From Azolla caroliniana (lineage: Eukaryota > Plantae > Polypodiophyta): a stretch of DNA of 64,000 nucleotides. Position numbers and translations under genes: made by a program. Location of the stretch: NCBI GenBank assembly GCA_043228905.1, contig JBHGNT010000018.1, positions 3,162,001-3,226,000 on the forward strand, given 5' to 3'. The notes beneath the pieces are model-generated. The model was not told where the DNA came from and ran no database searches. It saw only the letters and a list, made by a program, of their open reading frames with translations. Below are positions 1 to 13,417 of this stretch, piece after piece (position 1 is the stretch's first letter; each line of letters starts with the position of its first letter).

Positions 1-495
1 TGCTTGGAAGAAGATGTTGTGATTAGCACTGCTTTGATGGCCATGTATGGAAAATGTGGTGAAGTGGAGAAAGCCAAGGAAGTATTTGGTGAGCTCACCA
101 TCCGTGATCTTGCATGTTGGACTACACTTATTTCAGGATATGCGCACCAGAGACTGGGTGAAGAAGCATTGACTTGTTTCGAGAAGATGCAAGAGGAGGG
201 TCTCTTCCCAGATCCCCCTACATTTCTTTGTGTGCTGAATGCATGCAGCCACTCTGGTCTAGTAAATAAGGGTGAAACATATTTTATGGACATGACATCA
301 AAGTATGGTTTTTCACCAGGTTTACCCCATCTCAACTGCATGGTGGGTCTTTTCAGTGCAGCAGGCCACTTTGAGAAGGCACTGGCACTTATCCCTCGTG
401 GTGATTATTGTCCTAGCCATCCTATTCTGTTGGGTGCTTGTCGGAAATGGGGAAATGCTGACATTGGCCGGTTAGTTTTTGAAAGGGCAATATAA
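1..495 (+). pseudogene. 3' part of a PLS-class pentatricopeptide repeat (PPR) gene, truncated in the E domain
   Basis: The ORF has PLS motifs (TALMAMYGKCGEVEKAKEVF, WTTLISGYA, TFLCVLNACSHSGLV, LLGACRKWG). It stops at RAI-TAA-LDQ, early in the E domain. The 5' part lies outside the window. Confidence 0.8.
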
Positions 496-539
496 CTCGA
501 TCAGTGATATGAATGCTACAGTGGATGTCTTTTCATGAG

Positions 540-1480
540 TAAATTACATGGTGTGGAGTAATGTCAACGTCCACCATCTTGTGTTGTAACCAATCAAAAC
601 ATCATTCAGGTTGTCTACGGTAGAGCGTAATGCAACACCATAAACAATTTTTATATCTTGCATCCTGGGTTCTGCGTACCTGGAAATTGCTGCCCAGAAC
701 AAAGTTGATGGGATGTGCATCAAGAGGAGGTAATTGGTCTTCTCATAGAGCCTTGATGTGCCCACAAGAAGGATGCTCTTCAAAGTTAGCATTGGATGTT
801 GCATAGAGCTCGGAAGTATGTTTAGTTAATGGACATTGTTTTCATGATTGTGAGGAAAAACATGTCAACATGCTCATTGTGGTGCCCCAACAACTGGAAT
901 GAACACGGATAAAGTGCGTCACACCAGGATATTGATATATGATCAGTGTCTTTACAGTTTCTTTTAGTTACTGCTGGAAATTTATTAGAGTCGACATGCA
1001 TGTGTTGGTATGAGAAAGAAATATACATCGTTTACTAGAGGAGAAACCATGATTCCAAATATGGGTGAATTCATGTTCCCCATACTGGAACTAAAATAAA
1101 AGCTCTAGGTTTCCTTAAGCTCCATGATCATGATCGTAATGCATGTGGACATGGTGAGCAATGATCTCCATGATTGGGTAATGGTATGTCCCGTGTCACG
1201 TATATCCTACTATTCATGATCTCCATTGTCTGCATTCCTCTGTTCGTATGTTTGGCCTCCTTGACAGGCCAATGGAGTTTAGTATAGAAGAAATTAGTGA
1301 TATACAATCGTCATTGCATCCTACATAGTAATTTAAGGTTGATCCCTATTCTTGTGAAGCTCAACCATTATTTGGCCAAACTGTGGTGGTTCAGCATTCT
1401 CCATCATTTATCTAGTGGAGTTCATGTAGAGGATGGCATACTTCTACACTTCTGTGGTGTGGTTGAAATCCAAACTTCTA
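540..1480 (-). pseudogene. Highly degraded fragment resembling a xyloglucan fucosyltransferase (GT37)
   Basis: Frame-broken peptides occur in the expected order: DGEC..VW, HHNEHVDMFF..IMKT, YLLLMHIPSTLFWAAISRY..YGVALR. These recall DGECKYVVW / HDYGDHDKMFFC..LIMKTDNYF / YLFHPTNQVWGLITRY..IGIQIR. By-eye resemblance only. Confidence 0.3.
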
Positions 1481-2651
1481 CACAATATGTTCCTCACTTT
1501 CAATTGCTCCTTCATATAATTTCCATGTCTGCATAGTGCTCATCTTGCAAGAGTAAACTCCACCCGACTCGAGAAATAAAAAAGGTTAATGACGATCAAG
1601 TGGATTATTGGCACAATCGAAAGAAACATGCTGAATTGGAGAAAGAACATCACAAGGAAGCCATAAAGTGTGCATTATGGAATAAACAAAGAAAGAGTGC
1701 ATTTTTATAAAAGAGTTTATCCATGCCTAGAGCATTAGTTTGCAACATCATTTAAACATTTATGATCGCTTATTTCCATGGCAATAGATTTCAACTGTAG
1801 ACATGTGACTTATGCATAATGAATAGATATTTTCACATAATTGCATTCATGAGAGGTCCAAGTTTATTTAAAGAGCGATGCTTGTTGGTTGCATGAATGA
1901 ATTCTGTAACGGAAAACATAACTTAAGTTAAAGCAACAGCTGTAATATAAAAAACTGGTATAATCTTGTCTATATCAATCCACAAGCCTGAAATTGTTTT
2001 TGCTTCTACTCATGACAAGGCTAGAGAATATTTTCAGTAACTTCCTAATAATGTACCTTAATGTCACATCAAGTCAATTCATATTATTTGAAAATTTAAA
2101 AGTACTGCACAGCCACTTAGTGTCATTTGGAATATTATTGACGAATCAGTCATTATAGTATGTTCATATGATGAAGAACCAGAAACATGATTTGATGAAT
2201 CATCTGCGGGTAATTTTCAGCCATTACCACCTATATTTATTTGATCATGTAATGAGGAACTTAAGCAATTGAACACAAGAATGACACTCCTAATTAGCAA
2301 TAAAATGTGGGCTACGAAAATCTTAACTGGTGATGATAAAAAGTTGACCCACTCGAGGGATTTAATTCATTGAAAATTAGGATGAAGACTGTAAATAGGA
2401 TTGATTGTTGATCTGGTTCAAAAACTAATTTCAAAATGAGAAGAATTAACATTAGATAAATTCTCGACACAACAGCCGTTACAAAATGGTTGCTCAATTC
2501 ATAATGGAAATCAATATATTTATCTGAATTAATATAACTTCATCAAATAAATCCATGCAGGCTTATTCGAAGGTAGACAATAATCAATTATGTTATGTGT
2601 AATGCAAGTATAAAACTCATTAGTCTTTGCTCCAAACTGTAGATTTCTGCA

Positions 2652-5600
2652 TCAGGAAATGTTGGAAGTTACTACAGATGTCTTTGTTAGTCTTTCACTT
2701 ACTTCCCAGAGCTCTGAAGCTAGCTTTCTATCTTGTGCTTGAGAGCTTGGATTTCTTACTTGGGAATCCTCAAAATATAAGCCTGAAACGCCCTCCAAAG
2801 CTTCAGAAGTGGCGAGATGTACTGCCGTTGAAGCCCCTTGCTCAGCGGTCTGTAAGATTAAAATGTCTCATTGCAAGACGTAGTTGAACATTGAATGATG
2901 GCATGATTTTCAAGTAATATGCAAATGGACAACACACTAAAATAAGCTTAAAGTTTCTCAATATTTACCAGCATAAGATTTGTGTTTTCAAACTTACCAG
3001 AATAACCTTATGCAGTGATACATATTGAGCAGAGGGTTAATCTGGTGATTTGAAAATTAATTCTGGTACATAGATACCCAGTAAGTTACAGGTATTTTGG
3101 AGTTTTGTTATTTGTACCTTAAGTCCAATCATTTTTCGTATGAAACCTCGAAGATTAGGGAACATGGATTTTTGAACCATCATTTGAGGGAGAACATTCC
3201 GAATCAGCTGCATATCATTAAATTCAAGCACATAAAAATAATGTAAATAGATGCATATCAGTTCATTCACACATAAGTTCATGTTATAACATTCTCCAAG
3301 AGCAAGAACATTCTGATTTAGAGCACATAAAATTATGCCATAACATTCTCGAAGCACATTTTTACTCTTGCATCCTACCTCAGTATCCACGATTCCTGGA
3401 TGCATGCTATTTGAGGTCACCCTTATGTTTTCTGTTCTGCAACGTCGGCTCAATTCATACGAGAAAAGGCAGTTCGCTAACTTGGATTGGCCATAAGCTA
3501 CCCATCGGTTGTATCCTGCAACAAATATCCTAAATCACATAAACGAATGCCTCTGCAAGGACAACTATTTACAATAAAAACAAATAACATTTTACATTGA
3601 TGACTCATGTGGGCAACTCTGTTACATGTCCACATCTCCCACATCATAGTAATCAATCTGGGTTAACTGGATACTTATATCTAATATCTGTTATTCTCTT
3701 TCCTTCATAATTCCTACATTCACGTCACACATGTTACCACACAATCACATAAACCATCCACTAATCTAACGAGTAACAATCATAAAGCCTGTTTCAAAGC
3801 ACTAGAGCAGGCTCAAATTACCAAAGCACATTTATTGATTGTGACTACTTCATTGGAACTATTTGGGTAAGATTTCTTCTTTCTTTAGGTGAACTGGTGA
3901 GTGCAGGATGAGTTATTTTACCCAAGACAAAAAGAAAAGCACTCTTGGTGTCAAGTGGTGATGGCAACAATGGACACAAATTATGATCTTGACAAAGCAC
4001 AATTGCCTAATCTATGGTAATACCTTTGCATTGTAGTTCTTGCATCCTAGATGGTGCTGGAAAGTACCTTGCCTACACCATAGTGGTCTTGATGAAGAAG
4101 ACTGACACACTGAGAGCCATTTGCTGAGGTGAATGTGTGACAGTTTTCTTTTCAGAAAAATATCTATACTGCTTGATCTTAAGCAAGAACACTACCAAGA
4201 ACCATCAAACTTTACATTGTTTACTCTATAATGAAATGAAATGGGAAGCATAATGCACTATTGTGCATGGGTATTGTTTGTTTGTGTCTCTAAAATGATG
4301 TCAAGAGGCATCGACCTATCCTATCACTCTGGTAATGGAATTCAAAGAACAATACTCAGGTCGTGTCTTGCTAGACATTAAGATACATAAAGAGAAGTTA
4401 TTGAAGGACAAGACAACAAACAAAAACCCAATTTTGTTTTAGTCTCCATCACTCATGCTACTAGTAATCAGGGCTATGCATATAGTTGACCACAATAATT
4501 AGAAGGGGACTCCATACTTCCTTCCAGAATGAAAACTTACACATGCCTAAGAGAAATTAATATATATTTCATTCTATCCCCTTCAGTAAACGTGGCGACC
4601 TGTAAATGATTGTAAAATAGACTTACCCCTTGAATCAGTGAAATTGAGATCCTTAAAATCAAGCTTCCCTAATTGTTCTGCTGCAGATGCTAGCACCACT
4701 ACCCTAGAATGCAACCTGATAACAAAGTCATAAAGTTACTGTAAGGTATTCAATTAGCAAAGGAATAGTAAACTGAGGTACAGTACACATTACCCAGAAG
4801 TAGAAGCACTCAGTGATAAGTTTCCCAAAAGTAATTGTGTGAGTAGGAAGTGTCCTAAGTGGTTGACCTATATCACAACCCATATACTCTCTGTAAGATA
4901 TAAGAAAGGTGGAAAAACTACAAAACAAGTTAAAGATATACTACCCCAAATTGCATTTCAAATCCATCTTCAGTATAAGATTGTGGGCATGCCATAATTC
5001 CTGCATTGTTCACCTAAAAATAACAAAAGGATTTTCAGGGAAAGACTCATTCAGAGAAACTTTAAAGAATCTCTCAACTCATCTCAAAACCTCAAGACTT
5101 ATTTGAAAATATCTGTAAGTTCATATCACCACTAGCATTAATGACAAATTTGATCAGGTTCAATGCACAAGTTTATTGAATCAATATTTGATATTATTAA
5201 AGAACTCGGGAGGAAGAGCATAGCAAACTAATGTAACCAAATCCTATAGAAAACTCAAATTTAATCTCAACAAGAAGGTATTCGAGTAGTAAAGCCCATC
5301 AAAACTTCTGGAATTTATAATATAAACATTAAAATAAAGTCATATGGATAAGCATCCAATGATATTTACAAAATTAATCATTATAATGCCCAATGGTGGT
5401 ATCTGAGTAGAAAGGTGGCAAAAGAAATTCAAATCAATGGCTTCTTTTAAGTGTGACTGTTAACCAATAGGTTACAAAAGTAGAATATGCCACATTCAAT
5501 ATGAATAGTGCTATCACAAACAATCAGCATTAGCAGCCATGAGTCCCATTTTGAGGTATCACCACACATTATATTTGGATATACAGTAACTATAGAAAGT

Positions 5601-8600
5601 TATCTGCTCATTGGTCCGTTATGCCAATTATTTCATTAACATTCTATTGATATATTATTCTCAAAAAATGCCTGAATATTGAAACGGGAAGCCTCTTTGA
5701 AACAGGTTTTAACAAAATTATGATTCTACCATCCAGAAAATTGAGTGACTTGGATGCTAAGGATTGTTTCTTGACATAAAAACAATGTCAATGATTTCAA
5801 TTAAAAGTTTGGATTTATGATGTGCACAGGATCTCTTTTAGCATGCTTCAGAAACAGGGAAAGCAATGAGAACACTTCAATCTCACCAAAATATGCAATG
5901 GAAGACCCTCCTCCTGATACTCTTTTGCAAATTTGTGCACGGAATTGAAAGATGCAAGATCACAAACCCTTGTTCTACAAAGAAATATAAATAAAACCTC
6001 AATTGAGAAGTGTGAAAATATAAGACGGAAACAGGAATAGTAGACTTATGATGGGTGAACATACAGACAGGTGTCTATTAATTTCACAGAATCCACCTGA
6101 CGTGTGGATTTCCAGAAACTTGGGAAATCTCAACACAAGCAGTGTCACCTTTCTCCTTGCTCCGGCATGCTAGCTTACACAATAGAGACTTGGTCAGCAT
6201 TCTACGGAAATAAGTTAGCAGTTGTTTGAACAAAAATTAATTCTTCGATGAGATGAAGATTGGTCAACTATAAACATCGAATCAATCGTCATGCTATAAA
6301 TGCTGTTTTTGGGTACTGTCTGTTTGCAATCTCTATATAATTAAGATTTTATAGGTAATTGACCATACATTCCTCTATATATAGCATGAGACTTACCCCT
6401 ACATCCTCATGTGTACTCATTCTGCCATTTTCTACTCCATCTTCCTTTAATTTCTCTTCTCATTCTGCCCCTCTGACTTACTCTTCCAGACACAGAGCCA
6501 GTGTACTTTTATTTCTCCATATCTATAGCTACTTTACTTTGTTAACTTTAAGCCATTTCATTTAAATTCACACTATTTGAAGCAAATGACAAAAGTGTAT
6601 CATACTCACCCAATGTGATGAACATGCCTCTCTTGGCTAAGTCCGTCGCAATTGCCTTTCCAATTCCTGTATGTGACAATATAAAAATGGCCAAGCAATA
6701 AGTACATTATTATATATTCGTCTTCAGCACTAATGCACATATTTTGACCAAGTGATATGTTCTCTTGAAATAAAAAATAAGACAACAGCATTATATATTG
6801 CCTATTTACCATTAGGTATGAGCACACATCAAGGATTTTGTCTGTATTAGAGCTTCAAAGGATAGGGCTTGCTATCTTTTTATTCATACACGTTTACAAA
6901 ATCCAGTAGTTTAGCCCTCATCTTGTGGCTTGCAAGAGGAAAATATGTGACAAACAGAAATATATGGTCTAAATGATCAGCAAATAGATAAGGGACACAA
7001 GGATTCCTCCATCTCCAGAAAAAATCAGTGCCACATGAGCATGACTAGTTCCTTTATGCCATCATATGATTGGCAGGATTATCTAGGAGGTATTTTACAT
7101 AAACCACATTCCTTACAAACTCACTTTGTCTCATTCAATCTTAAGCAATGATGTAAATTATGGTGCACGAGAACCAGATGAAGGTCCCCACATATTAATC
7201 AACTCCCACGTGCTGAAGAGAGGCCAGGTGTGGTACTTTTCCCTGCAAGCCTGAAATGCACGCCTTCCCCATAAGCAGAACCACCTAATGAGTATTTTAA
7301 ACAGCAGGAATAATGAACCAGCATGTTCATCAAACAGGTTCTTCATGCATGAAGGTCTTCATAATGATGAAAACCGTACAGAGACATTGGAATGAAATTC
7401 TCATGAATAAAGTTGCTGAAAACGTGAAGGAAACATTTTCCAGATTGACATTGAGCAAAAATTTATAGTGAACCATACATAAGAAGTGTACCTCAATAAG
7501 CATAGACCATGATAAAATACTCTACGGTTCACCCCAAGTCATGACAGTGACCATTGCTAAGCAAGGAGAACCTCTAAATATTAAGTCCAATAATGAAAAG
7601 AATGTGTTTCTCATCATATGCTGAGCTACTAGAAGTGGCTAGTAAGTGTCACAAAAGATGCCGTGTGGAAATCCAATAAAGCAAGAACTCACAAAATAAG
7701 ATGGTACATTACGCAAATATAACCATTACTTGCTCCTCAGATGCATTTTTGGTAAGGTAAAAAGCAAGGAACATTGACTTACTAAATATAACAGGTTCTC
7801 AAAATTTATAACTTGGAAGTACAGAAATGTAGGGAAATCTTTCAAAGTTCAGAATATTTAACTTAAACAGTACTTGACTCTAGTAAAATTGAGCATATCT
7901 TTCCAAAACCTTGGTCATAAAAATAGCAAAAGTTTTCCAAAACCTTTGAAAATAGCCCCCGCTTATTCAGGATAAAGGGATGCAAATCAAATAAATATGC
8001 TCAAAATTTTCCTTCTGAAATGTCTTCATCCACATAAAACGGAATTCTGAACCACAAAAATATGCAGAAAATGCCACATTTCCATATGAAAAGGAATCAC
8101 AAAACACAGGAATATGTGCAATTCTGCTTTATCGGTAATGGTTTTGGGCTTTTGAAATGCCTTATATCCACAAAAAATCAAATCCATACCCAGAAATATC
8201 AGAATATTTGACTATATATCAAGATTGTGATGATGACACGGAGGAACAAAGATGTGAAATTTTTAAATGGATTTTAAACTTAATCTCCATGAACTGTGAT
8301 GATAAGATGACAATCAGAAGATATCCCTATAGAAACTTACCACAATTTCCACCGGTGATGATAACATGGCGCACTGAACGAGCATTCTTTGTATCATTTG
8401 AATCCTCAGCAGCAGAATGTGATGCTCGTATTACATAATTTCCTATTCTTCCTCTGAATCGAACCATCAAATGAAGCGATGTTGATTAGAAGGCAGGAAC
8501 GGTTGAAAACCTCAAACCCTCCTCACTTCACTTTTTTCTCTTCTCTTTGCTCCTGTTACGCACTCGCTCATTCATTCTCTCTCTATCTCTCTCTCTCTAA

Positions 8601-8684
8601 TTTTTACCTTAAAGAGGAGCTGCGTAGCAGCAGTGTCGACTGCTGAATCGTATTCGGTGTGCAGAGCGAGGCAACGGTCGCCAT
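2652..8684 (-). CDS. Short-chain dehydrogenase/reductase (retinol dehydrogenase/Tic32-like), ~354 aa, probable plastid transit peptide. Exons: 8608-8684, 8341-8453, 6610-6666, 6097-6169, 5887-5974, 4945-5013, 4794-4867, 4627-4715, 3379-3515, 3118-3207, 2652-2849
   Basis: Manual splicing at GT..AG sites gives one continuous 1065-nt frame. It contains TGGNCGIG (cofactor motif), LACR, CDLAS, VNNAGIM, VNHLGHFLLT, catalytic YGQSK, HPGIVDT and GLYF. The N-terminus is Ser/Thr/Arg-rich (MATVASLCTPNTIQQSTLLLRSSSLR). Confidence 0.93.
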
Positions 8685-8732
8685 GAATTCCACGGGAAGA
8701 AATTGGAAGATGAAGTACGACTGAGAGAGACA

Positions 8733-8787
<55 letters not shown>

Positions 8788-8790
<3 letters not shown>

Positions 8791-8962
8791 GGTCATGGGT
8801 TCAACCCCTACATTCCACAGTGGCATCTAGTGAAATATCTCATCTAGTGAAATAGAGATATATATGAAGTATATAATAGAGAGGTGAGGAAATTGGGTTT
8901 CGAACCCAAGAAATAGTGCTTGTAGTGTTATCGACTTATCACTAGGGTAAGGTAATTACAAT
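8788..8962 (+). mobile_element. 5'-truncated tRNA-derived SINE copy
   Basis: Near-copy of 9841-9996. It directly follows a (GT)n(GA)n microsatellite ~100 bp upstream of the SDR start codon. Confidence 0.75.
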
Positions 8963-8988
8963 AGAGAGAAAGAAAGAAAGAAAGAAAG

Positions 8989-9740
8989 ATGTATTAACGT
9001 CTTCTAAGGCCAAATTTGGCCCATGAGACAATTGGTTTACAACAATAGAGTATTTATCCAGTCATCATAACTAAAATAAAATTAAGTAAAAAAAATAGAA
9101 CTTAAACTAAAAGAGTTCTAGTAGTGTACAATATGTAGTATACTCGAAAGTGACTATACACTAAGCCTAATTTTATTTCCACCCAAGCCTCTCGAAAAGA
9201 AGTGGGGGGGTCAAAGGGTCTTGATGTGGGTTCCAATGTAGAGAGTGCCCTAGCCATGGCTTCTAGGCGGTGTAGCTCACGTTCCCTTATTTTCAATATT
9301 GCTTCCACATCACGTCGAGTTGCTTTGAAACCCGACACCCGAGGACGTCTGGTTCTTCTCTGGTTTTCTGCCTCATCAATGGAAAGGCCGAGTGGTGCAA
9401 GTGTGTCGGCATTCGTTGTCTCCTCAGGTTCCTGAAAAACTGCATTTGTTACATGTTCGTGATCATTAGCAACATTATTGTCAACATTTTGTAATTTATT
9501 CTCTCTGTGTTGTTTTAGCTCTAGAATGTATTTGCCTAATTTCTTTATATCTAGAGTATCTAATAGTTTGGGGAGGGTGGGAGACAGACCAAGTATGTCT
9601 TGGTATTTTGCCCTTATCTCGGCATAGGTTGGACACTTGCATGTAAAGTGGTACTCATCCTCTATCTCTATGTGACATAACCTACATATCCTTTCCTCCC
9701 TAGGGACTCCACTAGTACGGCCATTTTCAATCTCAAGTTG
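8989..9740 (-). mobile_element. 3' end of an RTE/RTEX-like LINE
   Basis: The minus strand encodes QLEIENGR..PREERICRLCHIEIEDEYHFTCKCPTY (C-terminal Cys/His domain). Its 3' terminus (GTCTCATGGGCC..GGCCTTAGAAGACGTTAATA) matches the LINE end at ~55130-55170. It has a (TTTC)n tail. Confidence 0.8.
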
Positions 9741-9793
9741 GAGAGAGAGAGAGAGAGCGAGAGCGAGAGCGAGCGAGCGAGCAAAGCAAAGCT

Positions 9794-10016
9794 GCCCGGA
9801 TGGATGTAACTCAGTTGGTAAGGTTGCCCAATGGAGACCAGGTGGTCATGGGTTCAACCCCTACATTCCACAGTCATGACATCTAGAGAATTACAAGTAT
9901 ATGAAGTATATAATAGAGAGGTGAGGAAATTGGGTTTCGAACCCATGATGCAGTGCTTGTAGTGTTAACAACTTACCACTAGGGTAAGGTAATTACCAAA
10001 AAAATAAAAAAAGGAG
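9794..10016 (+). mobile_element. Full-length tRNA-derived SINE
   Basis: A box TAACTCAGTTGG (9807-9818), B box GGTTCAACCC (9851-9860), A-rich tail, and flanking direct repeat AGCAAAGCT (9785-9793 / 10017-10025). Confidence 0.8.
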
Positions 10017-13000
10017 AGCAAAGCTATGATTGAGAGAGACAAGTGTGTGTCTTTGATGTTTCAACATTCTTGGGATTCTGGTCGTATGCCTCAAGATTGG
10101 AAGGTTTGTCTAATTAAATTAGTTCCAAAGGTAGCATCTCCAGAGTCATTTCATCAATAGAGACCTATTTCTTTGATGGGGGGGTTGTATAAGATATTTA
10201 CAAAGGCCTTGGCAAATAGATTACAAAAGTATTTGCCAAAGTTGATACATCCCGCCCAATATGGTTTTATTGCAGGTAGGAATATATTGCATAATGTGTT
10301 GAATGTTCAAATGGTCATGGATTATGCTCGAAACACTCATCAAGAATTGATTATGGTGCAATTAGATTTGGAGAAAGCTTATGATCATGTTAATTGGTCC
10401 TTTGTTTCTGGGTTAATGCATACAATGGGCTTTGGACCTCGTATGTCTCGCTTCATATTTTTATTAGGACAAGATGCGGTGTCTCGAGTCATGGTTAATG
10501 GAGGAGTTACATCAGATATTGCCCTTACAAGATTCGTTCGTCAATGATGCCCTATTAGCCCGTTGTTGTTTGCTATTGTTACTCATCCCTTGTTAGTGAT
10601 GCTATCAAGGCTTGCAACAAATGGTGATATTGTGGGTCTACACCGTCCGTCTGGAGAGCAACTAGTTGCACAAGCTTTGGCTGATGATTCTTTCATGTTT
10701 CTACAAGCCTCACAAGAGAATCTTGAGAAGGGGATGCTTGTTGTTAACTCTTAGGGCCGGACAATGGCCTAACACAGGGTGTCTACGGAAGACACTTCAC
10801 CAAAGGGGTGTTACAGCAAGAAGATTAGGCTCAACGATTAAGAACCGGATCTGGCCTAAGAACCGGTTCAATGCCTTTGTTGTTACCAGCGCCGGTGCTT
10901 CTAATATGGCTTTCACTTTGTCCGGGTCGACCACAATGCCTTCCTGGCTCACAATATGTCCTAGTAGGGTTCCACTGGACACGCCAAATACACACTTCTC
11001 CGGATTCAAGCTTAAGAAGGTACGCTCTACACTTTTCTAGACAAAGACGGAGGTGCTGCAAATGATCCTCTTCTCGGCTATAGACGGTGAAATCGTCAAG
11101 GAAAACCTGCATAAAAGCCAGGATATATTCACCAAAGATTTCCACGATGATTCGTTGGAATGTTGCCGGTGCCGTTTTGAGTCCTAACATCATCACCACG
11201 GCCACAAACACCCCCCATTCGGCGACGAAAGCCGTTTTCTCTTGGTCGTCGGGGTGCATCTGGATCTGATTATACCCGTTGAATCCGTCTAGAAAGCTAT
11301 AGACCTCATGGCCGGCGACGGCATCCAACACTCCATCTGTGAACGGAAGTGGAAACGCATCCGTTACCGTAGCCGCATTGAGTTTCCGGTAGTCCACACA
11401 AACTCAAATTTTTCCGTTCTTCTTCGGTACGACTACGATTGGGCTCAGCCATGTCGCTTTCTTTACCGGACGGATAAAGCCAACTCTTAGCAGTTTGTCG
11501 ATTTCCTCCTTGACCTTGGTGGCATAATTGGGATTCATCCGGTACCATCTTTGTGCCATTGGTTTTGCGTCCTTGCTCAAGTGAATCTGATGCTGGTATA
11601 ACTGAGGGTCCAACCCTCGCATGTCTTCGTATGACCAGGCAAACACGTCGCGAAATTCCGTGAGAAGTGTGATCATCGCCGTTTTGTCTTCGGACTTCAT
11701 CTCCTTGGCGATGTGCACCGGTTTTGCTTTGTCCGTGGTCCCTAGGTTCACCTCTTCAAGTTGTGACGCTTTTACGCGTTGTGAAACGTCCATTTCCCGT
11801 TCCAACGCTTCATGCGCTTGCCGTAACTCTCGGATTGCGTCCTTATCCGGTTCTGCTTCAGTCTCTTCCGGCTGCGGTAAGTATGGTGCTACTGCTTCGG
11901 CAATGTCAATTTCGAAGAGGGGTACGATCTTCGGGTTTTCCTGCAAGTACTGAGCTTCTTCTTCGTCAGCTAACCCTTCTAGCATGTTGACGCACTCTGC
12001 ATACAACGGTGTACATTCCTTGCCAGTGCTCATCCTTGGCTGTGTTGGTACACGTACCTTGGCTTTTCCTCGCCACAAGGTAATTATATTTTTCCTCCAA
12101 TTTTGTTTGATATGTGCCGTTTTCAACCATGGCCGGCCCAGCAATAGCGGGTACGCGCCTTGTGCCTGTAATTGTAGCACTACTGCCGAGATGTGAAATG
12201 TATGACCGCCGATGGTGACTTCTAATTTTCGTATTAATCCTGTCGGCCGCACTGAGCTTGTATTGGCCATCCGTAACCAGAACGGACACGACTCCCACTC
12301 GTGGATTCCGAGGACATCACACGTCCGGAGGCTTATTACATTCACACCGGAGCCTTCGTCTATTACTGTGTCGGGGAGTTCTTTCCCTTTTACAATGGCA
12401 ATAATTACCGGACTGTTGGTGTCCACCACCTTTGGTCCCTCCTCCGGATTCGAGAAGAGTATCGGTGCCGGTGATGATTCTCCTTCCATCATGGCTGTCT
12501 TCAGTCCTTCCGTGAATCTCGGCACGAGCTGTAGGAGTCTTCCTAGTGGCAGCATAATCTGGCATTCTTGCAACGCCTGCCATGTCTCGTTCTCGGAGTG
12601 ACTGCCGCCAGCAAGCCCTACGGTGTTCTCCTTTTGCTGCTGTAAGTTTGTTACGTTTTGCTCGTTTACTTTCTTCACCCATTCCGTCGCTTGCTTCCGG
12701 ATGGTCTCCTACGTCTCCCATTCCTTGGCCATGCCCTTTGACCTTGTGGTCACCTGCTGCAGATCTGCCACTTCAGGGACTACCATATTTACTGTCGGTA
12801 GTTTGTCATAGCTCTTCGCCGGGCATTGATTACTATAATGGCCTTCCTGTCGGCAGTAGTCGCAGTAGGCTTTCTGGGTATTGCTGGATTCGGCATTGTT
12901 TGTTGTATCCGGGGCAAGTCCTGTGGTAAGCGCAGGGTTTTGGGCCAGTTGGCTGCTTGAAACTCCTTGTTCCGGATCCCGTGGGTGGCCGCCTTTTTTG

Positions 13001-13118
13001 AAATGTCATTTTTTGTTATAGTTCTTCTTATTGCGGTACTCTTGACGAGGTTGGTCGTTATATCTGCCGTATTCCTCCCGTTGCTGACGATACCCGGGGG
13101 AGTGCTCCCGGTCGTAAT

Positions 13119-13385
13119 TGTTAGGAAATCGACGCTTTCCAAACCTACCCCTCTCGGCCACAATCGAGGACACACAAGTCAATGCAGCAGTAAATCGAAA
13201 AACACAGAGAGAGACTCGAATGCACTGGGTTTAGCGTGGAAAACCCTAGACGGGAAAAACCACGGGAGTGCAAGACTCCAACTATCACTATACGCAGGGA
13301 ATGTACAATGGCGAGCTGCAAGGCGACGACCTTGAGCTCGCTGTCCTCGCCACAGGCGGCGGTATTACACAGAGGCGTCGACCTC

Positions 13386-13417
<32 letters not shown>

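Noticed and set aside
493-495. PPR stop codon possibly rescued by U-to-C editing
   Set aside because: That editing is organellar. The locus is nuclear and further stops follow.
9800-9875. tRNA gene candidate
   Set aside because: No convincing cloverleaf or anticodon arm. It has an A tail, a TSD and dispersed copies, so it is a SINE.
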